A stretch of 58,317 bases of DNA. Source: Girardia tigrina. Its lineage: Eukaryota. The stretch covers positions 1 through 58,317 of the forward strand of contig MQRK01246325.1 of NCBI GenBank assembly GCA_001938485.1, given 5' to 3'. Shown piece after piece: positions 37,640 through 50,801 of this stretch (its first letter is position 1; every line of letters begins with the position of its first letter). A model generated the notes under the pieces. The model saw nothing but the letters and a program-made list of their open reading frames with translations, was not told where the DNA came from and did not search any database. The position numbers and the translations under genes are program-made.

Positions 37640-38110
37640 ATCGACCTGATTGTGAATACTCACTAATCCGAGTTTTTAGATGACGATTTGTATGTCCATT
37701 GTACGAGTTTTTGCACCCATGACAATTAAATCTATTCGCCAGATTAGCTTGCAATCCGCAAATGATTTTCAATTCATTTAAGAGAAAGATTTGGACTTCC
37801 AAACCATTTTGATACTACCTATATTCTTACAAGTACTCTTCTTAAATGATATAAATCTTTCAGAATATGGTATTTTGATTATTTTCTTTTGATCTTCAAT
37901 ATTTTCTTCCTCTAGTCCTTTCTTAACCCATGTTTGTGTGCATAATTTGTCCAATGTAACCTTAATGCTGTGACTTATTTGTTCGTTTGTGTAAATGTTG
38001 TCCCTCAAGCGTTCTTAAGAATATTTAAACTATGGTCTGTGATTGTAATTAAAATTTATTATAATTGCTGATTGTTAGATTGTTCTTGGAACATCCTCGG
38101 AATTATTGTT
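37640..38110 (-). mobile_element. Penelope-like element remnant (RT-thumb linker plus GIY-YIG)
   Basis: RFNCHGCKNSYNGHTNRHLKTRISEYSQ; IKIPY; FNYNH upstream. Confidence 0.8.
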
Positions 38111-38377
38111 ACAAGTTATTTCTGACATTCAAATTTTATTATCAATACAAAAACTAATGCTTAAAACTAATACTTAAACAAACTTATTTTTTGAGAAAAA
38201 ATTGTTTTATAAATCTTAAACCAGTATAAATAAAATACTTATAATATTCATATTTAATTTTATTTTAATTTTATAAATTTTGCCTGTAATAAATTTTATC
38301 AATTTTAAATGACGATAACATTATGAAATTTTTAATTTAACATTATTTCAAAAATCTTCCTAACATTTCTTAATTCC

Positions 38378-38416
38378 AAACACTGATGATGGAAAATATA
38401 TTCCGAAACATGTATA
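38378..38416 (+). ncRNA. Minimal hammerhead ribozyme next to a PLE remnant (stem I decayed)
   Basis: CTGATGA-T-GGAA-AATATA-TTCC-GAAA-CATG-TA. Confidence 0.7.
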
Positions 38417-39609
38417 ATAATCAATTTCTTAAAAAATCTTTAACAAAATTATTTTTAAAAAATATAAAATTAACGTTTAAAAAACCCAATAATATATATA
38501 TATATATATATGTTGCCAAAATTAATGTAACATATTTTATATATTCGATTTAGTTTCCAAAATGATTATTAATACAAATTTGTATTTTATTTTCTCCCTC
38601 CGTAGACATTACTTCATTTACCTCAGAAATATTCTCCTCAGAATCACGGGGAGAATTTTAGATTAAATTTAAGATTGAAACTCAATTAATCTTACTACAT
38701 GGATTGGCATAAATATACGCTGGCTATATAACGCAATATATTCATTATCTTGATTAATTGTTTTAATCATGTTTTCTTTACTTTTCGAAGTGAGGCTGAG
38801 AATTTCGTAATTATTGGATCAGCTTTGTACCCCTTAAAGCAGAAGAGAAGTGACAGCTTCACTGGCGAGATAAATTGCATCTGGGAGACTTATTCTGCAG
38901 AGGGGAGCTGTTGCTTTGTCTTTTCTTGAGGTTTGTAAAAAGCAATCTTTCTAGCATGAATTTTTGGTAATTGACTTTGAATTATTAAATTACGAAAGGA
39001 AATAAAAAAGAATTAACCAAATATTCGAAAATATTATATGAAACTATTTTCCATATCATCCAAAGAGATTATATATATAACACTCTAAAAAAAGTAATGA
39101 CAATTAACGTTTTTAGATTGAGCAATATGTTGGGATTATGGCATTATATTTTAATGCAATTTATTTCATCTAAGGCAAATTTAGAAATAGTTTTTTACAG
39201 TCTGATACAACAGAAATAGAGAGCCAAAAATACTTTTAAAAACGCTTTTTCTGAATGTCTGTTTTATTTAGTTTTATTTTCTTGGTATCGCAACTATGAT
39301 TATTTACTTCTACATTCTTCAAGACATTTTCATTCATCGAAGAAGTTATAATTTATTTTACAATATTTTTTTATTTATTAGGCCGTCAAGTAGGAAATTT
39401 GTGGAAGTAAGGTCAAGGTTTATTGATTATTTACCAATACAAATGTTTGTGTCATTCATCAAAGTATGCACCCATATTATCGAGACATTTTTGTCATTTA
39501 AGCGGCATCTTGTTGAGGCCGTTTGAATAAAAATTTGGATGGTGAGAATCTAATAATTCCTGGAAGGCAATTTATTCGGAATCTTCGGAATTGAATTATT
39601 TTCTATCCA

Positions 39610-40083
39610 TGTGAGAATATTTTAAATTGTTTGAATGTGTAAATGTATGGATGCTGTATGTGGATTTAAGTATGCTGAATTTAGAATGGTGATTCTCCCA
39701 CCCAGATGGAAATTGGTATTTTTTTATTAAGTTTAAAGGATTGACTATTCGAACATAATTAAAATAATCATTTTATAAGTTCATATTTTTAATTTCACCA
39801 TTAAAATTAAGTAAAATTTGGTAAAATTTAAATTAAATGTATTTTTAATAATTTGATGACATTTTTATTATTTTGGGATTTATTGAGAAATGGTAAAATT
39901 TATTATTTTTAATTAATATTAACTAATATATTTGAAAAAATGTTCGAATAATCATGATTAAAAGAGAAATAAGAAAACCAATTAGAAGGATAACAAACGA
40001 TGAAAGACTTTCTGAGAGTCATAATGACTCTAAATGTGATTTTAATAAAAATTCAAACGAGACTTGTCTAAATGTTCTTAATA
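39610..40083 (+). repeat. Solo-LTR family A, diverged subfamily (TG...TA)
   Basis: TGTGAGAATA...GTTCTTAATA; exact TSD ATCCA; TCTCCCACCCAGATGG motif. Confidence 0.85.
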
Positions 40084-40139
40084 ATCCAAAAGTTGTTGAA
40101 ATTGAGTTAGAAATAGTAGTCTTTTTTTGCTAGTTGTGG

Positions 40140-40988
40140 TGAGTATAGAGGATGATGCCGAGGTTTCAACTCAAGTTCCTGTAGTTTTATTACGGTCTTA
40201 AGTGTAATATCTGATTTTGCATTGCTGTAGAGAAAGATATGAGTCGATCTGTTTACCAAAAGTGATGTTTTTCTTTGAGTTTTCTCATCATACCTTCCAA
40301 TTGATTGCAGTAGACATCGGCTATGATTGATGAACCAGGTTTCATGAAATCATAATGGATTCCCCTGCGTCAGACCACAGATTATCTTTTTTGATGAATG
40401 TTGAGCTTTAGTCTTAGTTTCATGTGTGTTTTAGGTATCCAGCAAGCTTACTGAACGTTTGTGATGATCATACTTTATCAACTGCTCATCGCAAGTGACA
40501 ATTCGATTCAAAATGTGATGACATTTATAACTAGAAAGCACCATCAATCAAGCATCTAAATGCTTTTATTTATGCTTTTCATTCCACTCACGTGGAATCC
40601 ACTTATCCAACTTTATCACTTTACTAATTTCAGACAAGTGATTCAATTTTGTTTTTTTTTGTAACAGCAAACGTAAGCAATAAATCATAAGTAATTTTGT
40701 AATACATCCGACTCAACTATTACCTTCAGTTCTTCATTGTTTACTTGCGTTCCTGGAAACTCTTACTTCATAATATTTCGAATTTCTGCCTTTTTCATTT
40801 TTTTAAAATACTGATTATTATAACAGGTTATTAATACTTTTAATTAATTTTTTTGATCTGTTCAATAGCCAAAATATGTAGCAATCAAAGAAAATAAACT
40901 GAACTACAAAATTTTAAGTCATTATCAAATTATAACTATTGGAATTTGTCGTAATCATACCTACAAATTTCATTCTTGATCACCTCAA
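40140..40988 (-). mobile_element. Mariner remnant, same family as 3535-5114 but lacking the 18S insert
   Basis: 5' TIR CTACAAATTTCATTCTTGATCACCTCAA; WIPRE and IHYDFMKPG motifs on the minus strand. Confidence 0.8.
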
Positions 40989-42104
40989 TTTCTGCAAAAG
41001 CCACTGTTTAATTTCTGGTTATGTATGACATATTAATTTTTTGGTTTTGAAGAATAGATAAAAAACATAAGACCGAAACAAACCATAGGTTAAACCAGAT
41101 TTGAGAATAGGGAGCTAGAAAGTAATCATCTTGTCCCAACGAAACATGAGGAAATCAAAATATTTTTAAGTAAATTCAGGGGTCTTTAATGTTCATACAA
41201 ACTGAAACAAGTGATGTGTATAGAAGCTGGGAAAGTTTAATTATTTTCTTCTTTCTTTTACGATCTTTTCTTTTGTCCTTCAATTTTAAAATATCTTTCT
41301 CTTTATTTTTTTCAAGTTTCAAAATTTAGTTTAATTTTAAATTATTTTATGATTTTAAATTTTAGAATATTTTATTTAATTAACATTGTATTTTTTTAAA
41401 TCAATAAAAATAAAATTACAAAAAATGTAATACATATAATTTGATATAATCTTTCTTAAAAAAACATTAATTATTTTAATTATTTTCTATTAATAAATTT
41501 AATTTTTTTTAAATTAATAATTTATTTTATTTATTTATTTTTTATAATTCATAAAAACTTTATTATAATTTCGTTGATTTATGATGGTCGCATTATTTCA
41601 ATAATTTATTATTAAGTTTTGGAATATTCAAAAAAGGATTTAAGATTTTTTTCATCAATAATAGTAAATTTGAATTTCAAAAATTATTTTAATAATATTA
41701 ATAATACGGAAAATTGTTTTTATGAATATTATTTTGTTTGTAATAAAAAAATCTAAAATAATTCTCACTTTTTTCTTTTTTTCTTAAATAGAAAACGAAT
41801 TTATTTTATTTTTGCGGTAGATTTCTTTGATATTTTTTATTTCTATTTTTTATTATATTTTTTTGTAATAATAATTCTATATTTTAAATTATTATAATAC
41901 ATTGGTGATTTCATTAATTTTTTTCAAATGAATTTTATATTTTTTCTGATTTTTTTAAAGTATTTATGTAAGGATATGTTAGTTTTTTTAGATGGATTTA
42001 CTACCTTATTAAAATAAATTGATATTTTATTACTTATAAATCATTCTTCTCAAAATTGAGAAATAATTTATTAGCAACTTATGAAAACGTAAAATATTTT
42101 AAAA

Positions 42105-42302
42105 AACGCCATTTTAAGATAAAATCTTTTAAATTTCGTAGGAATATCCGTCCTCATCGTAAAAAAGTGTGAACGTTAAACAGTGATTGCATTACTACTT
42201 GTATAATCATCAATTAAACATGATCAGAAGTGCCCGGTGATGACGGATATTCCGTCGAAATATATTGCACCAATATAAGATTTTATTTTAAAATAGCGTT
42301 TT
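42105..42302. mobile_element. Decayed second palindromic double-hammerhead element
   Basis: Arms AAACGCCATTTTAAGATAAAATCTT / AAGATTTTATTTTAAAATAGCGTTT; plus-strand GTGC-CCGGTGA-T-GACGG-ATATT-CCGTC-GAAA-TATA-TT-GCAC; minus-strand CGATGA-G-GACGG-ATATT-CCTAC-GAAA. Confidence 0.7.
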
Positions 42303-42487
42303 TTAATTTTCAAAAAGAAATTGAAGTTATTTTTTAAATTTATCAGTAAAATTTATTGTTATCAGTTTGAAGGATCAAGTAAGAAACCTTTTCAAATATG
42401 ACCTTTCATGGTGAAAAGAAACGATGTACTGGAAATCTCAATTCTTCTAAACAACATTCCATAAATGTACACAATTTACAAAATTAT

Positions 42488-42981
42488 TGTGAGAAGTGGT
42501 TGCAACGTCTATATCAAAATTCATTTTTTTAAAACACCAAAATTTATTACTATAACAATTCACATTTCTAAAACAAATTTTCCTGTTAATTTAATTTAAT
42601 TATCTCGACCCAAATTAATCTATTAAATTCTTTTCGNNNNNNNNNNNNNNNNNNNNNNNNNNNNNNNNNNNNNNNNNNNNNNNNNNACTTTATTTTCAAA
42701 ATCAATTTTTAAAATTGCTTATTAAAAATATTTTTATTTATAAATAAATATTTAATATTTTTGTTTTCTTGACATTTTTAATTTTAAGATATTTAATAGA
42801 TACTTAAAGATATTTTTTATTTTTAAATAAATATTTTATTTTTTATGATTTTCTTTTATTATATAATTTTTAATTTTTTAAAATATTTAATAAGCAAATT
42901 AATATAAAAAATATTTTACCCTTTAAATTAAAAAATAATAAACTATTCAGGCGAGATAAAAATTTAAATTAACCCCTCATA
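42488..42981 (+). repeat. Solo-LTR family B (TG...TA)
   Basis: TGTGAG...CCCCTCATA; exact TSD ATTAT; contains an N-gap. Confidence 0.75.
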
Positions 42982-42987
42982 ATTATA

Positions 42988-43292
42988 TTTTTCAACAGGA
43001 TGAAGCCAGTAGTCACACTGCAAAATCAAGCAAGGGTTGATTCAAACATAATAACATCACTGTACTAGATTTTCCATCATCAAGTTAATATTTGAAAATT
43101 TGTGGGCTATTATGAAGTCAAAATTAAAAGTGAATCGACCAAAACCTAAGGACGAGTTGATTGAAAGATTATTTAGCAAATGGACCAGAAGTAGTAGTGA
43201 AACTTATTTAAATCTTATAGCTACTATGGATTAGATTATAAAAGCCGTTATGGAAGCAAAATAAGATATTACACAGTACTTACTGCTGTTTA
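42988..43292 (+). mobile_element. Tc1 transposase C-terminal remnant
   Basis: FQQDEASSHTAK, ITVLDFPS, ENLWAIMKSKL. Confidence 0.75.
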
Positions 43293-43294
43293 TA

Positions 43295-44579
43295 TTGGGT
43301 TGGCCAAAAAGTCATTGCGTTTTTTACTAAAATATTTATTATAAAAAAAATGATATGGATGCACAAATATTTTTACACGATATTCTGTCCATTATTTTCA
43401 ATCACTTTCTTCCACCTTTCCGGTAGCTTCATTATTCATGATTCATAAAAACCTTTGCCTTTGTCAGCAAAAAAGCTGTCTAGGAACGATTTGATGTCAT
43501 CATCACTGGTGAATGTTTTTTCTGTTTAAGGAATTCTGCAGTGATCTAAATAAGTGAAAATCCGATGGGGCCAAGTCTGGAGAATACGGTGGGTGCGGCA
43601 AAACCTCCACACCAGTGATAAGAGTTTCTAGCGAGTTGTCAAACTTGTATGCGGTATTGCGTTATCATACTGAATTACAACTCCTTTTCGATTTGCCAAT
43701 TCAGAACGTTCCTGATGAATTGAATGAGCCAATTTCTCCAGCTGACCACAATATCTGTCTGAATTGATGGTTTCATTCCTCAGAAGGAGTTCAAAAAACA
43801 TAATTCCTTTAAAATCCCACCATACGGAAAGCATAACCTTATATTGGGGGAATTTCTACTTTTGGGATCGTTTTGGCAGGCTCACCGCGTTTTGTCCATG
43901 ATCGATGGCGTTCAACATTGTTGCAAACAATCCATTTTTCGTCACCCGTAATCAAGCGCTTCAAAAATGGATCACTTTGTTCTCGATTCAAAAGGGAATC
44001 ACAAATGTCTATACGTTTCACCAAATGAGTTCCTTTCAGTTCATGTGGTAACCACATATCGAGTTTACTGACGAATCCAAGTTTCTTTAAATGACTTCCA
44101 TCACTTGATTTTGATATTTCCAGAGTCTCTGCAACTTCTCTTGTCGTCATATGTGGATTAGATTTGATCAGTGCTGTTATTTTGTCGCCATCAACTTCAA
44201 CTGGTCAACCGGAGCGTGGTGCATCTTTCAAATGAAATTTTTCAGAACGAAATTTGGAAAACCAGTATTGACACTGTCTAAGTTTTAAGGAGTCACTACC
44301 ATATACAAAACATATCTTCTTATGAGTTTGCACAGCGGTTTTCCCTTTGCGAAAATAATGCAACAAGACATTACGAATATACTTATTTTGATTTTCCATT
44401 TCGAATTGACGGTAAAGTAATAAATTAAAACAAAATCAATTAATATTTTGTATAAACATAGTCTGAAAATTAAGGTTTCAGAATATATAATTGAATTTAA
44501 ATTTTACCACATCGTTTTATATTTTCAAGCTTTTTATTAGGACGTATTCAAAAACGCAATGACTTTTTGGCCAACCCAA
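43295..44579 (-). mobile_element. Full-length mariner (DD34D), transposase pseudogene ~43375-44399
   Basis: Perfect 30-bp TIRs TTGGGTTGGCCAAAAAGTCATTGCGTTTTT, TA TSD; WLPHEL, TGDEKW, YDNAIPH, HPPYSPDLAPSD. Confidence 0.96.
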
Positions 44580-45469
44580 TAAAACCATATAAACAATCTT
44601 TTGTTATTTAGAGATTTTAAGTTTTTATTGGTAACTTATTATTAAACTGAGTATAAATTATATAGAAATTTTTATTTTATATAAATCGTGCAATCAATTC
44701 ATATTTTATACTCATTTATTGAAAAAGGTGATAAAAAATCAATTGCTCGGTGACCTTTGGGCTAGGGTAGTAGAAAGGAATCATGCGTGATTAATAGTAT
44801 TATTTGAATTAATTAATGGAAATTCTGACTTTAAGGTTGTTTAAAAATTTAAGAAATATTTTGAAATAATTATTTTTTTTAATTAATGCGATTAATTAAC
44901 TGTATTTAACCTTTATTAATTTATTTTGAAGCTATATTTTTTCATGTAATCTTCTCATTCATTACCACGATTTTAGATATTAAAAAAGATTTCATTAATT
45001 TTTCTCCTTTTCTTTTAAAATTCATGAAAAGATTAAAAATATTTATTTGTTATTTCGCTCTGTCGAAGCGTCTCCGCTTTGATCAAAGCCAGACGTTCCC
45101 ATAAATTTATTTCTAACATTGAAACAGATATCTCTGTTTTATGATCTCATAAAAATTCTGAGTCAATAAAAGATAAACTATTAATTTTCCCAGCAATAAA
45201 AATTATAAAATTTTAGATGATTATTACCGGAATTATTTCATTACAGTCTTGTTCAGATGAAAACAAATAGTTTTCCTGGATTGTTTCTTTTTATCACTTA
45301 AAACATCTATTTTCTCTATGATTTTTATTATTCAAAAATATATTATCAAGTTCTAAACATCGTTCCTGTAAACATTTCTAAATTATTTTTTCAACATTAT
45401 AAATTGTTTTAATTAAAAAAAGTAATATTTATTTACAGAAATTTAATATTTTTCAAAGAACAACCATTA

Positions 45470-46270
45470 ACACTGATGCCTCTATGCAATCAAAGAATTA
45501 AAGACCTTTTCAAACATTTATGATGCTATTTCAAATGCTTCAGCCTCAATGAAATCTTTCAGGTCTTGGAGATTCTTTCGTTTACTTCTGTATACTTTCT
45601 GTCTTTGGACATCCCTAAAAAAAGTTTAGAAATGACAAATCAGGTGACCTGGCAGCCCAAATAAATGGCCCAGCTCTTCCAATTCATCTTCCGGGAAATT
45701 TGTTGTTTAAAAATTCTCAAACCTGACGCGCATAATAAGCGGCTGCACCATCTTATTTGAAAATTATTTTTGACGTCATTCTGTGACAAATTTGCAGTAT
45801 ATTTAAATAATTTTTCACATTGACATTTGGGAAAAAAGAATGGATCATAAATACGTGACATGGAAACATCCATCCAAACATTCACTTTTGGACTGGAATT
45901 GGATTGTGAAATAATTTCGTCAGGATTTTCAGTTCTGCATATTCTACCGTTGTGCTGATTAACAAAACCATCAGAGCAAATGAGGTTTCCAAGTAAGAAC
46001 GAATCGTTGTCAATCTAATTCATAACCGTCTTGCAAAGGGCGATTCTTTCAGCAAAATCTTCTTTATGCAGATGATGAAGCATTTGAATCTTGTACGGGT
46101 AAAGTTTAAGAGTTTTCCTTAGAACATTGTGCACTGTTTTATTAGGGCATTCAACTTACTCAGCTGCTTTTCTTACCGATGTATTATGATTGTTTTCACA
46201 AATTGTTTAAATTCGTTCCTCATCAAGTGATGGCCCTGCTGACTTCAGAAAATCATAAACACAGTTTCTT
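45470..46270 (-). mobile_element. Tc1/mariner-superfamily (DD37D/DD41D-like) transposase remnant
   Basis: Minus-strand DGAAAYYARQV and WAARSPDLSFL motifs. Confidence 0.65.
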
Positions 46271-46279
46271 TAAACTTTG

Positions 46280-46321
<42 letters not shown>

Positions 46322-46349
46322 TTCCTGGTAATGATTTTTAATAATATGT

Positions 46350-46641
46350 TATTAACAATGTTTTGAAGATTAAAAAGCCTTCTGCAGGTGATCGTGATTG
46401 TAAGAAGACTTCGAGATTGTCATAAAATTTATTTAAAAGACAATAAAATGAGAAATATCATCAGTATATATATTGATTAATGCCGTCATCAATCTGGGTC
46501 AAACATACACTCATTCATTTCACCATACACACTATTTCGGTCGTGACCTATTACACAACAATACAAAGATCACACCTCAAACATTCCATACATAAATTAC
46601 ACAACATACAATTATTAGTTTCGATAATAATTCTCCTCATA
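46350..46641 (-). repeat. Highly diverged family-A-like LTR
   Basis: TATTAACAA...CTCCTCATA with CAATCTGGGT motif and CA-rich tail; no TSD. Confidence 0.35.
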
Positions 46642-47746
46642 GTGATGATTGAATAATTAAACTTTAAAATCTTCAATACTGTCAAATCTTTTGTCTTGTA
46701 TCAAAAATAATATTGAATAAAATTGAAAAAAGTCCCAAAATATCAATTGAAAATGTTTCAATGAAAAAGATAATTTCTTATTGATCAAACAATAAAAACT
46801 CAGAAATGTAAATAATATTTATATTTATAAAATCATTTTAACTAAATGTTTGAAGGCGAAGGAGTATTTTCTAGAGTAACTGTACGATAAACTTTTGAAT
46901 GCCCTGCAAAAAACATAATTTTAATAGAAAAGGTATTTAACATTGCTGTGCGTAAAGTATTTTTAAAGGATTTAAAAATAATTAAAACTTGCTTTTAAAA
47001 ATTTATTTAAATATTTTACAAATATTCATCTTTTTCCAATTAACCCTCGAATACTTAACTAAAAAAATGAAATCATAAACTAATATGAGAAGAATATGTC
47101 AACGAACCACTTGTTTGCGTTGTGATTTCTTTTGACTCATACTTGAGCCCATTTGTAAATTAAATAGATAAATTAAATAAAAAATGTTAAAAATTAAGTA
47201 AATACAGTTTTAAATAATTAATTAAAAAAAGTAATTACAAGTAAAATTGAATAAAGTAATTAAAGTATATTAAATTAAATTAATATATATTGTGATTAAA
47301 CCATCAATTTCATTTGGTTTCGTGATGGAGGTTCAATTATTAGTGCAGTATGATGTTTTGTTGTTTTTGATTCAAATCGATTAATTGCGATTAATTGACT
47401 TAAATGAAGTTCTATGTCCATTTGAATGGACCAATAATTGTTATGAAATTGATAAATCTGTGTGTGTGTGTGGATTGAGTCCAATATCGATTATGTAATG
47501 TGATATGTATGCTTGTTATGATATCGTGTGTGTGGCTTTGTATAATTGAATATAATTGCGTGTGTGTGTCTAATGGGAAAGTTGAAAAAACAAAAGATAT
47601 GCCATTTTCAGAATTAAAAAATAAACAATTTGTGAAAATAATGACAAAATAAAAATTGTTTAAATCGATTAATTTTAATTAAATAAATTTTTCGAGAATT
47701 TGATATTGATGATTATGTTTGATTTAAATAATTATCAATTAAAAAA

Positions 47747-48085
47747 ATGATCGATTTCAAATTAATTCGTGAAAATGGAGAAAATGAAAATATTTTTAGA
47801 TATTCAAATTTGAAAATAAAGTTATGGTTTTCTGCGGGTCGATTGTATCCATATTTCTATGTATCCCATGACAAAAAAACTGAAAAAAATGATTATATAA
47901 AAGCTGATGATTTTAAAAAGTCTCTTCACACTAACATTTCTTATGTGTATCGTAATATTGATCTATACAAAGAAGCATTTGAAAACGAGGATTTCAAATA
48001 TTTTGAAAAGCTAATTGATGTTTATAAATTTGATGATATATCGTTTGAAAATTATTACGTTTGTAGAACTGAAATGGAACGTATA
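47747..48085 (+). pseudogene. HAT1: Histone acetyltransferase type B catalytic subunit N-terminal fragment, intronless and truncated
   Basis: IDFKLIRE / GENENIFRYSNLKIKLWFSAGRLYPYFYVSHDKK..IKADD / EDFKYFEKLIDVY resembles the Hat1_N consensus (FG.E.IFGYK.LKI.L...AG.L......Y..K....ADD...FKPFG.L...Y). Confidence 0.75.
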
Positions 48086-48755
48086 CATTGTAAATTATTT
48101 TGTGTGATATTGAGAACTTTTCTTAATTTGATTCTTTTGAGCACAAACCAAATACTTCCACAACTTGCAAAATATAATCTAAAATTAAAATTGACATCTT
48201 CTCTAAATCAAATCTTTTTCTCACGATTCTGTTGCTTATTTGACTTTAAAACTCATTTATGACAGACAACTTGTGTCGTTTTGTTTATCAAATCTTGATA
48301 ATTTGTTGCAACTGTGTATGAGAAAATTCAGAAAAAGACTTGCCAATAATAAAAACCGAAAAGCCTCTGCTGAGATACAACACCACTATTCGATTAAATT
48401 ACACCGAGAATAAAACTTAGCACACACGGCAAATGTATGTACTATTCATTACAATAGTTGTCAATTATCCCCAGAAATACCAACTTTACAGTCCTCTTTT
48501 GCTCTCAGCTTTGTTTTGCATGTTTGCTGTCGACAACCTTTGAACACATGTCACAACGAATGTAGGTTTTCCTCTTTATTCCATTTTTATATTAATTTAG
48601 AAGCAAAAACCATTGACAATCTTCGAGACTTCATTTAAACTTGATTTAACAACAAATAAAGACAATGACTACCATGACGTCACAAAACGCGATAAATAAG
48701 TAAACCAGAAACAGTAACAGCAGCCCTTAACACAAATAAACTGATACATAAAAAT

Positions 48756-50801
48756 GGTGAGGCGACATTACCGCGGCGACTTTACCGCGGACGGCTTTAC
48801 TGCGGAATTGTTTCAGATTTTTTATTAAGATATTTTTGTCACTATTACTGAGTAATACTTTATTAAAATATAATATTTATAATAAAATTTTCCATTTACG
48901 TTTAAAAATATACCTTAAAATATTATAAATTTCTTAAAATTTTTCTCTCACAGTTTTTTCAGCATGAATCTTCAATTCTTTACTTCAAAATCTGGAAATC
49001 CGATTGTTGCGTAAGCAGGTTATTCATATCGCTTTGATTATGATTTAAAATCCCTAGATGAAAATTCCTGGCGCTGTGTTGCTTATGAACAACATAAATG
49101 TAAAGGAAGAATTCGTACTTCAAACAAAAACGAGGTATCTATTATTTTAGGTCACCCTTCTGAGCATAATCATGCTCCTGAGTCAGGTAAAGTTGTCACA
49201 TTTCTCAGCTGGTGTCAACTCGTGCATCGCAGACAGTAGAGGTCCCGAGGCAAATTATTCAGAAATCTAGGACTGGGATTTCACTTGACGCTGCAATATT
49301 TCTTCCAAGTTATCACTCTAGTCAACGTACAATTCAACGAAAAAGAAAACAAGAGAATGCTCTTTGGCCAAATCATAATCATCTTTCAGAAATAAATGTT
49401 TCTGAAAATTTGAGGTTTACAACAAGAAATGAATCTTTTTTGATATTCGATTCTGGATATAATTATGCCAACCGGATAATGCTCTTCAGTACAACTGCAA
49501 ACATAAATCTGATGACTTCTTGTGAAAATTGGTTTATGGATGGGACATTCTCTGTCGCCCCACGATTATTTTACCAAGTTTATACTATACATGCTTTAAA
49601 ATCAAACAAAGTATTCCCTCTTGTTTATGCATAAAATAAAACTCAATTAAATTACACTCGTATGTTTGAAGAGATTTTAAGACAACAACCAAATTTAAAT
49701 CCACAAACTATTATGATGAATTTTGAAAAATGAGCAGTGAACGCTGTTTCCACTGTATTTTGTAATGCTACTGTTAAAGGCTGTTTTTTTCATGTGAACC
49801 AATCAATTTGGAAAAAAATAAAAGAAACATCAAATCTTCCGGATCTCTAATTAAACAATGATGAAATTAGAACCATTCTGAAATCACTGATGGACTTAGC
49901 GTTTGTTCCTGTGGATGATGTTATCACTGCCTTTTTGGCTTTACTTGATATTTCTAATGATTGTCCAGAACTCAATGATGTCTTTGCATATTTTGAGGAT
50001 ACATACATTAGCCGTACTCGTGGAGAACGAAGATTACGTCCTCGATATTCAATTCAGTGTTGGAATGTATATGACCGCGTTATTTCTCATCTACCACCCA
50101 CAAACAATGCAATAGAAGGTTGGCATTGTGCGTTTCAAAATTCTATCGCTTGCAATCACCCAACTGTTTATAGTTTGATAAATCAATTTCGTACTGAACA
50201 AGATTTTGTTGAACTAATTTTGCAGCGCATTAGAGCAGGTGAAGAATTCCCACAATTCTCATCGCAAATTTATGCAAAAGTAAGTGAGAGGATTGAACGT
50301 GTTGTTGAGCAATGCAATAATTTACCAATATTGGATTATCTTAGAGGCGTTGCTCATAATTTAAACTTTTTGGATTAAAGTATATATTTATTATTCCATT
50401 ATTTAAATATATCAGTTTAATGTTTTCGTATCTTTCTTCTATTTACACATCACATTTTTTTGGTTATTTGAATTTTTTAAATTAGGAATTTACTAATTTT
50501 TCATATGTTGTTTGTTTATTTTTTATATTAAAAAGAATAATTAAATGTCATGTCCATCTAAAATTTTCTGTTCATTTATGTTTTAAAATTAAAACCTTTG
50601 TATGATTCATTGTTTGATCCTTACATAATTAAAAATTTGTATTCATATTTTAGATAACATTGTTCACTTTTTGACAATTTTATTGTAAATTTTCGGTGGT
50701 AAAGTCGCCCGCGGTAAAGTCGTCCGTGATAAAGTCGCCGTGGTAAAGTCGCCGCGGTAAAGTCGTCCGCGGTAAAGACTCCGCGGCAAAGTCGGTGTAC
50801 C
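48756..50801 (+). mobile_element. Full-length Mutator-like (FLYWCH-MULE) transposon, pseudogenised ORF ~48964-50378
   Basis: Exact 9-bp TSD CATAAAAAT; inverted ends built of GCGGTAAAGTCG repeats; GYSY..WRC..C.GR..HNH, WFMDGTFSVAP..FYQVYTIH, GCFFH..QSIW, TNNAIEGWH. Confidence 0.95.
50694..50795 (+). repeat. Tandem 14-15-bp subterminal repeats (CCGCGGTAAAGTCG) x~7
   Basis: Direct read; inverted copies x~3 at 48762-48806. Confidence 0.9.

Noticed and set aside
38790-38930. In-frame TAA codons at plausible Gln positions (also 9430, 9650, 31701), suggesting stop-codon reassignment
   Set aside because: The same regions and neighbouring transposases also show TGA stops and frameshifts; CAA>TAA decay in an AT-biased genome explains it
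50694-50795. CRISPR-like short repeat array
   Set aside because: No unique spacers; these are subterminal repeats of the MULE with inverted counterparts at the left end; eukaryotic context
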